Origin: a bacterium
GTDB lineage: Bacteria > Acidobacteriota > Thermoanaerobaculia > Multivoradales > J023
Direction: 5' to 3'
Length of the DNA stretch: 64,000 nucleotides
Assembly: GCA_024226315.1 (NCBI GenBank)
Contig: JAAELT010000170.1
Coordinates: 2,415-66,414, forward strand
Shown here piece by piece: positions 17,678 to 27,629 of this stretch. Below the pieces are notes generated by a model. The model made no database searches, was not told where the DNA came from, and was given only the letters and a program-made list of their open reading frames with translations. The translations under genes were made by a program, and so were the position numbers. Each line of letters begins with the position of its first letter. Positions within the stretch are counted from its first letter, which is position 1.

Positions 17678-18889
17678 CTACTTCCCGCCGCCGGGCTCCT
17701 TGCCGGCAAGCGTCTGGTGATAGATGTCGAGCGTCTGCTCGGCGGCCTGGCGCCAGCGGAAGTCCTCGGAGCGACGGCCCCCGAGCTTGCGCAGGGAGCG
17801 GCGGTGATCGGAGTCCGACACACAGCGTACGATCGCCTCGGCCATGCCCTCGAGATCGAGAGGATGTACCAGGTCGGCGTATCCGGCCGCGATCTCCTTC
17901 AGCGCCGAGGTGTTCGAGGTGATCACCGGCACTCTCGACGCCATCGCCTCGACCACCGGCAGCCCGAAACCCTCGTAGAGTGTGGGGTAGAGAAACACCG
18001 CGCAGCCCTGGTAGATCGCTGGCAGCGCCTCCTGGGCGACGTGGCCGAGCAGCACAATGCGGTCTTCGATCCCCAGCTGCCGAGCCCGCTGGCGAATCTT
18101 GAACTCGATCCCGTCCCGGTCGCCGACGCACACCAGCGGGTGCGGGAAATCGTGCAGCTCGAGCGCGCGAGCATAGGCCTTGACGACGTTGTCGAGATTC
18201 TTGTGGGGTTTCGGATTACCGACGAACAGCAGGTACGGCCGCTGCAGCCCGAGATTGCGCATCCACCGTTCGAGATCCTCGCTCGACAGCTGGCGACGGT
18301 AAACGTCCTCGATACCGTTGTATACGACCTCGATCTTCTTGCCGTCCACCTGGAAGTAGCTCTTCAGGTCGGCCTTGGTGTTCTTCGACACGGACAGGAT
18401 CCGGTCGCCGCGTTTGAGGCTGCGCCGGATCATGCGCTCGGCGTAGAGAAAGGCCAGCCGATTGGGCAGGAACTCCGGATAGAGCAAGTGGATGATGTCG
18501 TGGATCGTCACCACCGCGCGGCAAGGCACGATCAACGGCATCACGTAGTGGGTGGCGTGATAGAGGTCGACCCGGAGTCGCAGAAGGTGCTGTGACAGCG
18601 TGAACAGCTCGCGGATGGAGTAGACCGGGGAACGCTGGATGGTGACCCGGAAGTTCTCGGGTAGGTTCTTCAGCGCGTCGCGACCGGCCGGCCCGGTAAT
18701 CAGGAAGTAGCTGTTCTCGCGATCGATCTCGGCCAGCCCGCGGATCAGGTTACGGACATAGGTGCCGATGCCGAAATCGCGGATCTTGCGCGCGTCGATG
18801 GCGATCTTGTACGGCAAGGTGAGCTCGCGCGATGATTGCTGTGGGCAGGAGAGGTTGGGCGGAGACTTCAGTCTATACTCCGGCGTCAT
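17678..18889 (-). CDS. glycosyltransferase family 4 (start codon uncertain, probably downstream of 18889)
   Basis: KIAIDARKIRDFGIGTYVRNL is a typical GT4 N-terminus and YEGFGLPVVEAMASRVPVITS is a GT4 motif. Starting at 18889 would make it overlap the divergent LOG-like gene, so an internal TTG/CTG start near 18815 is likely. Confidence 0.75.
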   Translation of the reverse strand: MTPEYRLKSPPNLSCPQQSSRELTLPYKIAIDARKIRDFGIGTYVRNLIRGLAEIDRENSYFLITGPAGRDALKNLPENFRVTIQRSPVYSIRELFTLSQHLLRLRVDLYHATHYVMPLIVPCRAVVTIHDIIHLLYPEFLPNRLAFLYAERMIRRSLKRGDRILSVSKNTKADLKSYFQVDGKKIEVVYNGIEDVYRRQLSSEDLERWMRNLGLQRPYLLFVGNPKPHKNLDNVVKAYARALELHDFPHPLVCVGDRDGIEFKIRQRARQLGIEDRIVLLGHVAQEALPAIYQGCAVFLYPTLYEGFGLPVVEAMASRVPVITSNTSALKEIAAGYADLVHPLDLEGMAEAIVRCVSDSDHRRSLRKLGGRRSEDFRWRQAAEQTLDIYHQTLAGKEPGGGK

Positions 18890-20027
18890 GCGCGTCGAGA
18901 TCGACTCCCTGGAGGGCTTTCGCCAGAGGACCCACAGTCACGGTCTCGCCGACGCCGTCGTGCAGGGCCTAGATCTGCGAGAGGAGAGCGCGATCTTGTG
19001 CAGCGGACCTTGCGCGGGGGCCGTCTTTCTCGGCTGCGAGCTCGAGGACGCGACCGCTCGCCACGTGCTGGCGACCGGCGGTCTGATCTTCCCTCGCCTG
19101 CCCGACCTGCCCTACAGGACCTATCGTCCCGACCTCTACACCGTCGACGAGCTCATGGCGGGATACCGGCGCGGCGATCCGGCCAGCCATCGCCACTGCC
19201 TGGATCAGCGGATCTACGCGCACTTCGACCACCATCGCCGCCGCCCGGGCCCCGTGCCGGTGCTCGAGGCGCTGGCGCAGCGGCTCCACGACCACGCCAT
19301 CGACGACGCCCTGGACGATCTGCTGCACTGCCGGAACGGTGAAGACCCACGCAGAGTCGTCGCCATCATGGGCGGGCACTCCATGCGCCGCACCGATCCG
19401 GACTATCGCAAGGTCGCCCTCATCGGACAGCGGCTCGCCGCCAGCGACCCGCGGATCCTGATGGCCAGCGGCGGCGGGCCGGGGGCGATGGAAGCCTGCC
19501 TTCTGGGCGCCTGGCTCGCCGACGGTGGCGAAGCCGCGATCGATCGAGCCCTGCGGACGCTCGCGCGCGCCCCCAGCTATGCCGACGACGGCTGGCTCGA
19601 TTCCGCGCTCGAGGTTCGCGACGCTCATCCGAGCTCGAGCGACGCCCTGGGAATCCCGACCTGGTTCTACGGCCACGAGCCGCCGAACCTGTTCGCCACC
19701 CACATCGCCAAGTACTTCTCGAACAGCCTGCGGGAAGACGGGCTGCTGGCGATCGCCAGGTACGGCGTGGTCTTCGCCCCCGGCTCGGCCGGCACCATCC
19801 AGGAGATCTTCCAGGACGCCGCGCAGAACCACTACGGCACCTTCGGGGACGTCAGCCCGATGGTGTTTCTGGGGCGGCAGTACTGGACGGAGGAGAAGCC
19901 CGTCTATCCGCTGCTCGAGGATCTGGCGGCGGGGCGGCAGTACGGCGAGCTGATCGCGATCAGCGACGAGGTGGACGAGGTGGTGGAGCTCATCACCGGG
20001 CATCCGCCGGTGGCGTATCGAGGGTAG
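18888..20027 (+). CDS. LOG-family nucleotide 5'-monophosphate nucleosidase (PpnN/YgdH-like)
   Basis: VVAIMGGHSMRRTDPDYRKVALIGQRLAASDPRILMASGGGPGAMEA and YGVVFAPGSAGTIQEIF match the LOG motifs GGGxGxMxA and PGGxGTxxE. They resemble E. coli PpnN ([34 protein letters not shown]) as recalled from memory. The start at MRVEID (18888) is chosen over 18762 to avoid a divergent overlap. Confidence 0.65.
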   Translation: MRVEIDSLEGFRQRTHSHGLADAVVQGLDLREESAILCSGPCAGAVFLGCELEDATARHVLATGGLIFPRLPDLPYRTYRPDLYTVDELMAGYRRGDPASHRHCLDQRIYAHFDHHRRRPGPVPVLEALAQRLHDHAIDDALDDLLHCRNGEDPRRVVAIMGGHSMRRTDPDYRKVALIGQRLAASDPRILMASGGGPGAMEACLLGAWLADGGEAAIDRALRTLARAPSYADDGWLDSALEVRDAHPSSSDALGIPTWFYGHEPPNLFATHIAKYFSNSLREDGLLAIARYGVVFAPGSAGTIQEIFQDAAQNHYGTFGDVSPMVFLGRQYWTEEKPVYPLLEDLAAGRQYGELIAISDEVDEVVELITGHPPVAYRG

Positions 20028-20038
20028 GCGGGGCGGCC

Positions 20039-23000
20039 ATGCGTTTCTACGCGGACCTCCACATCCATTCGAAGTACTCGCGCGCCACCAGCAAGAACTG
20101 CGATCTGGAGCATCTCGCCCTTTGGGCGCGGCGCAAGGGGATTTCGGTGGTGGCGACCGGCGACTTCACGCATCCGGCCTGGTTCGACGAGATCCGGGAG
20201 AAGCTGGTGCCGGCGGAACCGGGGCTGTTCCGCTTGCGACCCGATCTGGAAAGTGAGATCGACCGGAGGCTGCCAGGCAGCTGCGCCGGGCCGACACGCT
20301 TCATGCTCGAGGTCGAGATCTCGACCATCTACAAGAAGGGCGAGAAGACCCGCAAGGTCCACCACCTGATCTACGCTCCGGACATCGACACCGCGTCGCG
20401 GTTTCGCGATCGGCTGGGGCAGATCGGCAACATCGCTTCGGACGGACGGCCGATCCTGGGGCTCGACTCCCGGCACCTGCTCGAGATCACGCTCGAGAGC
20501 GGGCCGGACGCCTACCTCGTGCCGGCGCACATCTGGACGCCCTGGTTCGCCGTTCTGGGTTCGAAATCGGGCTTCGACACGGTGGAGGACTGCTACGGCG
20601 ACCTCGCCGGCCACATCTTCGCCGTCGAGACCGGCCTGTCGTCGGACCCGCCGATGAACTGGCGCGTCTCGCTCCTCGACCGCTACTCCCTGGTCTCGAG
20701 CTCCGACGCCCACTCGCCACCCATGCTCGGCCGCGAGGCCTGCGTCTTCTCGACCGAGCTCGATTACTTCGCCATGCGTCAGGCGCTCGAGAACGGCGAG
20801 GGCTACGAGGGCACGGTGGAGTTCTTCCCGGAAGAGGGCAAGTACCACATGGACGGCCACCGCGCCTGCCAGGTACGGCTCGAGCCCGAGGAGACCCGTC
20901 GGCACGACGGTCGCTGCCCGGAATGCGGCAAGCCGGTGACCGTGGGCGTGATGCACCGTGTCGAGAGCCTGGCGGACCGGACCGAGCCGATCCGGCCGGA
21001 GAAGGCGGCGCCTTTCCGCAGCCTGGTGCCGCTGCCCGAGATCATGTCGGAGATCTGCGGGGTGGGGCCGAAGTCGAAGACGGTGGGAGCCCGGGTGGCG
21101 TCGCTGGTCGCCCGCCTCGGGCCGGAGCTCGAGATCCTGGAACGCCTGCCCCTGGAGGATCTGGGCCGCCACACGGACCCGGTGCTGACCGAGGCGATCG
21201 ACCGGCTGCGGCGGGGCCACGTGGTCCGCGAGGGCGGCTACGACGGCGAGTACGGCACTATCCGGATGTTCGAGCCCGGCGAGCTGGCGGCGAGGACGGC
21301 TGTGCCGAATCTTTTCGGGGAGATGGTGCCGGCGCCCGCGCCGCCAGCCCCAGAACCCTCACCCCCGTCCCCTCTCCCAGGGGGAGAGGGGGGCTCGGGA
21401 GGTGAGTCCGACAGCTTGGCAGGCAGAGAATCCAGCGCCACGGAGGTTCACCCACAGTTGCCGTTCGATCCCCCGGTGGGAGAACCGGCCTCCGTGCTCG
21501 ACCGGCTCGATCCCGACCAGCGGGCGGCGGCGGAGATCCTGGACGGGCCGCTGTTGATCATCGCCGGGCCGGGGACGGGCAAGACCCGCACCCTGACCCA
21601 CCGCATCGCGCACCTGGTGGGCTCGGGCGTCGCGGCCCCCGAGCAGTGCCTGGCGATCACCTTTACCCGCCGGGCGGCCGAGGAGCTGAGGGAGCGCCTG
21701 GAAGACCTGCTGGGCGCCGTGGACGGGCGGGTACCGGTCCACACCTTCCACAGTCTGGGGCTCCGGATCCTGCGCGCCGAGCGCGCCGAGCTCGGACTCC
21801 ACCGCGGCTTCCGGATCGCCGAGGAGTCCGAGCGCCTGGGCCTGGCCCGTGAGCTCTTCGGCCTCACCGCGAGCCGGGCGGCGAGGCTGCTCACGAGCTT
21901 CTCCCGTGCGCGCCGCGACCGAGCATCAGCCGTGTTGGACGAAACGGTCGCCGCTCAGCTCGCCACCTACGAGACGGCCCTGTGGGCACGCGACCTGGTC
22001 GACTTCGACGACCTGCTGGTGTTGCCCGCGAGGCTCCTCAGCGAACGGGCCGACCTGCGCGACACCTACCGGGAGCACTACCGCTGGATCTCGATCGACG
22101 AGTACCAGGACGTCGACGCTCTCCAGTACCGCCTGGTGCGGCTGCTGGCGCCCGAAGACGCGAACCTGTGCGCTATCGGCGACCCCGACCAGTCGATTTA
22201 CCGTTTTCGCGGCGCCCAGGTTGGTTTCTTCCTGCGCTTCCAGGGCGACTATCCGAGCGGCAGGGTCGTCCACCTGGGGCGCAATTATCGTTCGAGCCGG
22301 GTGATCGTCGGCGCGGCGACCTCGGCCATCGCCCCGGCGAGCCTGGTCGCCGAACGCGAGCTGCGCGCCGTCGACGATCGCGAAGCCGAACCGGTCGTGG
22401 TTCTGGAGGCGGCGAGCGAGCGCGCCGAGGCCGGGCTCGTGGCCCACTCGATCGAGCAGCTCCTGGGCGGAACGTCCTACTACTCGGTCGACAGCGGCCG
22501 GGTTGCAGGCGGCGGATCTGATCTCTCCTTCGACGACTTCGCGGTCCTCTATCGCGCCGACGTCCAGTCCGGCGCCGTCATGGAGGCCCTCGACCATGCC
22601 GGCATCCCTTTTCAAAAACGCTCCCACACCCGGCTCGTTGACCGGCCCGAGGTCCGCACGTTGGTCGACGCCCTGCGCTGCCGTGAGCACACAGGCGCTG
22701 AGTCCTCGGCGGTGCTCGACCGGCTGCGCGCCGAGGCCGAGCGAATCGGCGCCGCGGAGTCGGAAGTCGAGCCCGACGATGAAGAGCCGGAGCTCGATCG
22801 CACCGCGAGTCTCCGGCAGGCGGTCGAGCTGGTCGCCCCTCTGGCCAAGCGCCACGGCGACGACCTCGCCGGCTTCCTGGCCGAGATCGCCCTGGGAGCC
22901 GAGGTCGACACCTGGGACCCGCGCGCCGAGCGGGTGTCGCTGCTGACCCTGCACGCCGCCAAGGGGCTGGAGTTTCCGGTGGTCTTCATCGTCGGCTGCG

Positions 23001-23269
23001 AGGACGGCCTGCTGCCATTACGTTTCGCCGAGGCCGACGATGACGAGATCGAGGAGGAACGCCGCCTGTTCTTCGTCGGCATCACTCGCGCCCGCTCACG
23101 CCTGTTCCTCTCCCACGCCCGCCGCCGCGCCTGGCGCGGCAAGGTCCGCGACCGCCACCCGTCGCCGTTCCTGCGTGACATCGAGAAAACGCTGCTCGAA
23201 CACCGCCGGGCCACCGTGCGCGAGCGGCCGAGGGACCGAGGCCCGAAGCAGCTCCGACTCCTGCCTTGA
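20039..23269 (+). CDS. PHP-domain phosphoesterase fused to UvrD/PcrA-like SF1 DNA helicase
   Basis: The N-terminus MRFYADLHIHSKYSRATS...GDFTHPAW is PHP-like. The helicase Walker A is LLIIAGPGTGKTRTL, motif II is ISIDEYQDVD, and GRNYRSS and LLTLHAAKGLEFPVVFIVG are also present. It lies 11 bp downstream of the LOG-like gene. Confidence 0.8.
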   Translation: MRFYADLHIHSKYSRATSKNCDLEHLALWARRKGISVVATGDFTHPAWFDEIREKLVPAEPGLFRLRPDLESEIDRRLPGSCAGPTRFMLEVEISTIYKKGEKTRKVHHLIYAPDIDTASRFRDRLGQIGNIASDGRPILGLDSRHLLEITLESGPDAYLVPAHIWTPWFAVLGSKSGFDTVEDCYGDLAGHIFAVETGLSSDPPMNWRVSLLDRYSLVSSSDAHSPPMLGREACVFSTELDYFAMRQALENGEGYEGTVEFFPEEGKYHMDGHRACQVRLEPEETRRHDGRCPECGKPVTVGVMHRVESLADRTEPIRPEKAAPFRSLVPLPEIMSEICGVGPKSKTVGARVASLVARLGPELEILERLPLEDLGRHTDPVLTEAIDRLRRGHVVREGGYDGEYGTIRMFEPGELAARTAVPNLFGEMVPAPAPPAPEPSPPSPLPGGEGGSGGESDSLAGRESSATEVHPQLPFDPPVGEPASVLDRLDPDQRAAAEILDGPLLIIAGPGTGKTRTLTHRIAHLVGSGVAAPEQCLAITFTRRAAEELRERLEDLLGAVDGRVPVHTFHSLGLRILRAERAELGLHRGFRIAEESERLGLARELFGLTASRAARLLTSFSRARRDRASAVLDETVAAQLATYETALWARDLVDFDDLLVLPARLLSERADLRDTYREHYRWISIDEYQDVDALQYRLVRLLAPEDANLCAIGDPDQSIYRFRGAQVGFFLRFQGDYPSGRVVHLGRNYRSSRVIVGAATSAIAPASLVAERELRAVDDREAEPVVVLEAASERAEAGLVAHSIEQLLGGTSYYSVDSGRVAGGGSDLSFDDFAVLYRADVQSGAVMEALDHAGIPFQKRSHTRLVDRPEVRTLVDALRCREHTGAESSAVLDRLRAEAERIGAAESEVEPDDEEPELDRTASLRQAVELVAPLAKRHGDDLAGFLAEIALGAEVDTWDPRAERVSLLTLHAAKGLEFPVVFIVGCEDGLLPLRFAEADDDEIEEERRLFFVGITRARSRLFLSHARRRAWRGKVRDRHPSPFLRDIEKTLLEHRRATVRERPRDRGPKQLRLLP

Positions 23270-23336
23270 GCCGCGATCGTGGCGACTCGGTTTTGCGCTT
23301 TGGTCTGTCTCCGGCTACATCCGGTACCATGCTTCC

Positions 23337-23921
23337 ATGCCATCGACGCCGACAGCAGAGGTCACTCGACTGCTCAACGCCTGGAGCAACGGCGACCGAG
23401 GCTCCGCGGAGCAGCTCGCGCCCTTGATCTATGACGAGTTGCATCATCTGGCGGGTCTCTACCTCGCGCGCGAACGAAAAGAGCACACGCTTCAACCGAC
23501 CGCCCTGGTCCACGAGGCCTATCTCCGGTTGGTCGATCTTCGCGAGATCGAGTGGCGCGACCGGGCCCACTTCTTCGCCATCGCCGCGCAGGCGATGAGG
23601 CGGATCCTGGTCGATCATGCTCGCAAACACCGGGCGTCCAAGCGCGGTGGATCGGAACCGAGAATCTCGCTCGATCAGGCCGGCGACCTGGCCACCACCC
23701 GCCAGCCCGACCTGGTGGTGCTCGATGATGCCCTGCAAGGATTGACCGCGATCGATCCACAGAAGGCTTCGATCGTCGAGCTTCGTTTCTTCGGCGGACT
23801 CTCCAACGAAGAGGTTGCCGAGGTGCTGGGCGTCTCCCGGGCGACAGTCGTCCGCCGTTGGCGCATGGCCAAGGCCTGGCTGCACCATGAGCTCAGCCCC
23901 GACGAGGACGATGACTCCTGA
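23337..23921 (+). CDS. ECF-type RNA polymerase sigma factor (Sig-70_X6 / STK-associated ECF group)
   Basis: TEVTRLLNAWSNGDRGSAEQLAPLIYDELHHLAGLYLARERKEHTLQPTALVHEAYLRLV is the hallmark of the TIGR02999-like ECF family as I remember it. The region-4 HTH is LSNEEVAEVLGVSRATVVRRW. It overlaps the downstream kinase by 11 bp. Confidence 0.8.
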   Translation: MPSTPTAEVTRLLNAWSNGDRGSAEQLAPLIYDELHHLAGLYLARERKEHTLQPTALVHEAYLRLVDLREIEWRDRAHFFAIAAQAMRRILVDHARKHRASKRGGSEPRISLDQAGDLATTRQPDLVVLDDALQGLTAIDPQKASIVELRFFGGLSNEEVAEVLGVSRATVVRRWRMAKAWLHHELSPDEDDDS

Positions 23922-26586
23922 ACGCTGGCAACAGGTCGAAGGCCTGGTGGAGGCTGCCTTGGAGCGTGAGCCCACCGCCAGAACATGCTTCCTGGACTCG
24001 GCATGCGACGGCGACGCGGACCTGCGCCACGAAGTCGCCGCGATTCTCGAATCGCTGGACCAGGTCGACGACTTTCTGGAAACCCCGGCAGTGGCTGGCC
24101 TGCGAGCAGCTGTGGCCGAGCTGGCCGCGCCCGGCGGCTCACGGCAGGAGACTCCCCAGCACGATCCGAGCTGGATCGGCCCCTACCGCATCCTTCGCGA
24201 GCTCGGTCATGGCGGGATGGGCAAGGTCTACCTCGCGGAACGAGCGGACGACGAGTATCAGCGTCGGGTCGCGATCAAGCTGATCCGGCCGGGCATGGAC
24301 TCAGGCAGCGTCGCGCGACGCTTTCGTGGCGAGCGCCAGATCCTCGCCAATCTCGACCATCCCAACATCGCCAGGCTGCTCGACGGCGGCACCACCGAGG
24401 ACGGCCGTCCCTATCTGGTCATGGAACACGTCGCGGGAACCCCGGTCGACGAGTACTGTGACCAACATTGTCTGAAGATCCCGCAACGCATCGAGCTCTT
24501 CCGCAAGATCTGCGATGCGGTCAGCTACGCGCACCGCAACCTCGTGGTGCATCGAGACCTCAAGCCCAGCAACATCCTGGTCACCGTCGATGGTGAGCCC
24601 AAACTGCTCGATTTCGGAATCGCCAAGCTGCTCGATCCCGAGGCCTTCGCGATGACCCTCGAGGTCACCCGGACCGGGCAGGAGCCGATGACTCCGCCCT
24701 ACGCCAGCCCGGAGCAGATCCGCGGCGAGGTGATCACAACCGCATCGGACGTCTATTCTCTCGGAGTGCTGCTGTACAAGCTGCTGACCGGGCGCGTGCC
24801 GTTCCGGCTGGACCGGTTGCAACCCCAGGAGATCGAAGACATCCTCTCGCGAGAAGCCCCGGCACCCAGCTCGGCGGTCATGGAATCGCTCGAGGCCCCG
24901 GAAGGGTCGATCGCCTACCTTCGCGGCCTGAGGCCAGAACAACTTCGCCGGAGCCTGGCCGGAGATCTCGACAACATCGTGTTGATGGCCTTGCGCAAGG
25001 AGCCCGCCCGGCGTTACAGTTCGGCCGAGCAATTCGCGGAGGATCTGAGGCGGCATCTCGAAGGGATGCCGGTCAGGGCGCGTCAGCCCTCTCTGCGCTA
25101 TCGCGCGGAAAAGTTCCTGCGACGGCATAGGCTCGGCGTCGCGGCGGCCGCAGTCTTTCTAGCCCTGGCGATGACTTTCGCAGGCATCATCGTCCTCCAA
25201 TCATCGCAAGTCGAAAAGCAACGAGATGACGCGACGGCTGAGCGCGACAAAGCCCGAACCGTGTCCGCCGCTCTGATCGATCTTTTCGGTGTCTTCGAGA
25301 CAAGCGGCGACACGGGCACCTCGTCTGTGACCAGACGTCTTCTAGACGAAGCAGTCAGCAGGATCAATCTACGGCTCAATAACCAGCCCGAGGTTCAAGC
25401 TGCCACCAAAACCGCAGTCGGCCGCGTCTATCACCAGCTTGGATTGTATGACGAGGCAACCGAGACTATCGAGCAGGCATTGGAGACCCAAGTCGATCTC
25501 TTTGGCCCGAACCATCTTGAGGTCGCGAACACGTTGACCGAGCTCGGCAGCCTCTATTCGGCAAAGTCGGAACACTCCAAAGCCGAATCGCACTTGTTGG
25601 AGGCAATACGGATCATTGAGAAACTCGCAGGAGGCGACAGCCCAAAACTCTCAATCAACTACTACCATCTAGCAATCAACTACCGAGACGAGGGGCGCTA
25701 CGACAAGATGCGCTCTGCCATCGAAACGTCCATCGCCTTGGCGCGAAGTCCGCAAGGAACACGTGCCTTTGAATCGATCTCAAGCGCCCACATGATCGAA
25801 CTTGCATACGACTATGGCTTGGTCGGCAGGCACGAGGAAGCCAAACTTCTCTTGCTTAGAGCAAAGGAAGAAATGGAGTCTTCGGGCTTCCAGAACAGCG
25901 CCGAGATGGAGCTCGCTCTCGACGGCCTTGCTAAGTATTACTTCGATACTGGACAGCACGACAGAGCCGCCGAGATCGGCCAGAAGGCGACCGCTCTCGC
26001 ACAAGCCCGCCTCGGCGAATCTCACCCAGACGTAGCCTGGACCTTTAACAGTCTCGGCCTCATCTATTATGAAATGGGAGAGTACGAACAAGCTGAGTCG
26101 GCATTCGATCGCGCCATACATCTCCGAGAGGCCGTATCATTACCTCGGCATGATTTAGCTTACATTCTGGTGAACGCTGCGCATGTCTACCGACGTCAAA
26201 GGCGAGCTGAGAAGGCTCTAGCAGCCTACCGACGGTCGATTGCACTCCTGCAAGAGTCTAGTAGCCCCGACAACCTCATTGCAGCTCAACTCCTTGCAGA
26301 CGCCAACCTGGGAATCGGTATCATTCACCTGGTAGAAGGCCAGGACGAGCTGAGCAAGACGTTCCTGAGGAGTTCGGTCTCAGCAATCAGTCCTCTCACT
26401 GCTTCATCCGATTCGCTGAGATTTCTCCAGACTCACGCAATGGCGCTCCTATATCTCGACGAGATCGAAACCGCACGGCCCATGGTCGAGCGATTGCTCG
26501 ACGCGAATTGGAAGCGTTCCGAGTTCCTCGAGCTCTGTCGCCAACACGGTTTCGTGTCGGATTCCGATCCGGCGGAATCCCCTTGA
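23911..26586 (+). CDS. Ser/Thr protein kinase with transmembrane helix and C-terminal TPR sensor domain
   Basis: The kinase has the Hanks motifs GHGGMGKVYLA, VAIK, HRDLKPSNIL, DFGIAK and SPEQ. A TM helix (LGVAAAAVFLALAMTFAGIIVL) follows, and then TPR-like repeats run to the end. The start is MTPERWQ at 23911. Confidence 0.85.
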   Translation: MTPERWQQVEGLVEAALEREPTARTCFLDSACDGDADLRHEVAAILESLDQVDDFLETPAVAGLRAAVAELAAPGGSRQETPQHDPSWIGPYRILRELGHGGMGKVYLAERADDEYQRRVAIKLIRPGMDSGSVARRFRGERQILANLDHPNIARLLDGGTTEDGRPYLVMEHVAGTPVDEYCDQHCLKIPQRIELFRKICDAVSYAHRNLVVHRDLKPSNILVTVDGEPKLLDFGIAKLLDPEAFAMTLEVTRTGQEPMTPPYASPEQIRGEVITTASDVYSLGVLLYKLLTGRVPFRLDRLQPQEIEDILSREAPAPSSAVMESLEAPEGSIAYLRGLRPEQLRRSLAGDLDNIVLMALRKEPARRYSSAEQFAEDLRRHLEGMPVRARQPSLRYRAEKFLRRHRLGVAAAAVFLALAMTFAGIIVLQSSQVEKQRDDATAERDKARTVSAALIDLFGVFETSGDTGTSSVTRRLLDEAVSRINLRLNNQPEVQAATKTAVGRVYHQLGLYDEATETIEQALETQVDLFGPNHLEVANTLTELGSLYSAKSEHSKAESHLLEAIRIIEKLAGGDSPKLSINYYHLAINYRDEGRYDKMRSAIETSIALARSPQGTRAFESISSAHMIELAYDYGLVGRHEEAKLLLLRAKEEMESSGFQNSAEMELALDGLAKYYFDTGQHDRAAEIGQKATALAQARLGESHPDVAWTFNSLGLIYYEMGEYEQAESAFDRAIHLREAVSLPRHDLAYILVNAAHVYRRQRRAEKALAAYRRSIALLQESSSPDNLIAAQLLADANLGIGIIHLVEGQDELSKTFLRSSVSAISPLTASSDSLRFLQTHAMALLYLDEIETARPMVERLLDANWKRSEFLELCRQHGFVSDSDPAESP

Positions 26587-26600
26587 TCTCCGACCCGGAC

Positions 26601-27629
26601 TCAACCACCGATCCGGAACATCTCGACCTTCTCCGCCGGCACGAACCGCCCGGCGGCGAGCGCCGCGGTGCGCTCCTCGGAATAGCGGTCGGCACGGCGG
26701 GTCCAGATCGCACGGATCCGTTCGAGCAACTCGTCGTCGCTGGCACCGTCGCGTAGCGGCGTCTTGAGATCGTGACCGCCGGCGGCGAAGAGGCAGGTGT
26801 AGAGCTTGCCCTCGGCCGACAGGCGCACCCGAGAGCAATCGCCACAGAACGGCTGGGTCACCGAGGTGATGACGCCGAGCTCGCCACCGCCGTCGCGATA
26901 GCGGTAACGATTCGCCACGTCACCGGGGCGAACCTTGGCAATCGGCTCGAGTGGGAACACCGCATCGACGCGCTCGACGATCTGCTGCGCCGAGACCACT
27001 TTCTCCGGATCCCACTCGTTGACGGTGCCGACGTCCATGTACTCGATGAACCGCACCACGCAGCCCTGCTCGCGGCCGAAGCGGGCTAGGTCGACCACCT
27101 CGTGGTCGTTGACGCCCTGCATCACCACCACGTTGAGCTTCACCGGCGTGAGACCAGCCCGCACCGCCGCTCGGATGCCGGCAAGCACCCGCTCGAGGTC
27201 CAGGTCGAGGCCGTTGATGCGGCCGAAGGTCGCGGCGTCCAGGGAGTGCAGGCTCACCGTCACCCGGCCGAGGCCCGCCCGGCGCAGAGACTCGGCCATC
27301 CGCGGCAACAGGTAGGCGTTGGTGGTGAGCGCCAGATCTTTCAAGCCGTCGATCGCGACCAGCGAGGCGACCAGATGCTCGATCTCAGAACGCAGCAGGG
27401 GCTCGCCGCCGGAAAGGCGGATCTTCTCCACTCCGAGGCCGACGAACAGCCGCGCCAGGCGTGTCACCTCCTCGAAGCTCAGGATCTGCGGCTTGGGCAG
27501 GAACTTGTAGGCGCGGTCCGACGGCATGCAGAACGTACAGCGGAAGTTGCAGCGATCCGTCACCGAGATCCGCAGGTCGGACATCGGCCGGTCGAGAAGA
27601 TCCCTGGGGGGTTCGAGCGTCACGGACAT
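26601..27629 (-). CDS. moaA: GTP 3',8-cyclase MoaA (molybdenum cofactor biosynthesis, radical SAM)
   Basis: The radical-SAM cluster motif is CNFRCTFCMP. The C-terminal second Fe-S motif is CGDCSRVRLSAEGKLYTCLF. The 342-aa length is typical for MoaA. Confidence 0.9.
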   Translation of the reverse strand: MSVTLEPPRDLLDRPMSDLRISVTDRCNFRCTFCMPSDRAYKFLPKPQILSFEEVTRLARLFVGLGVEKIRLSGGEPLLRSEIEHLVASLVAIDGLKDLALTTNAYLLPRMAESLRRAGLGRVTVSLHSLDAATFGRINGLDLDLERVLAGIRAAVRAGLTPVKLNVVVMQGVNDHEVVDLARFGREQGCVVRFIEYMDVGTVNEWDPEKVVSAQQIVERVDAVFPLEPIAKVRPGDVANRYRYRDGGGELGVITSVTQPFCGDCSRVRLSAEGKLYTCLFAAGGHDLKTPLRDGASDDELLERIRAIWTRRADRYSEERTAALAAGRFVPAEKVEMFRIGG

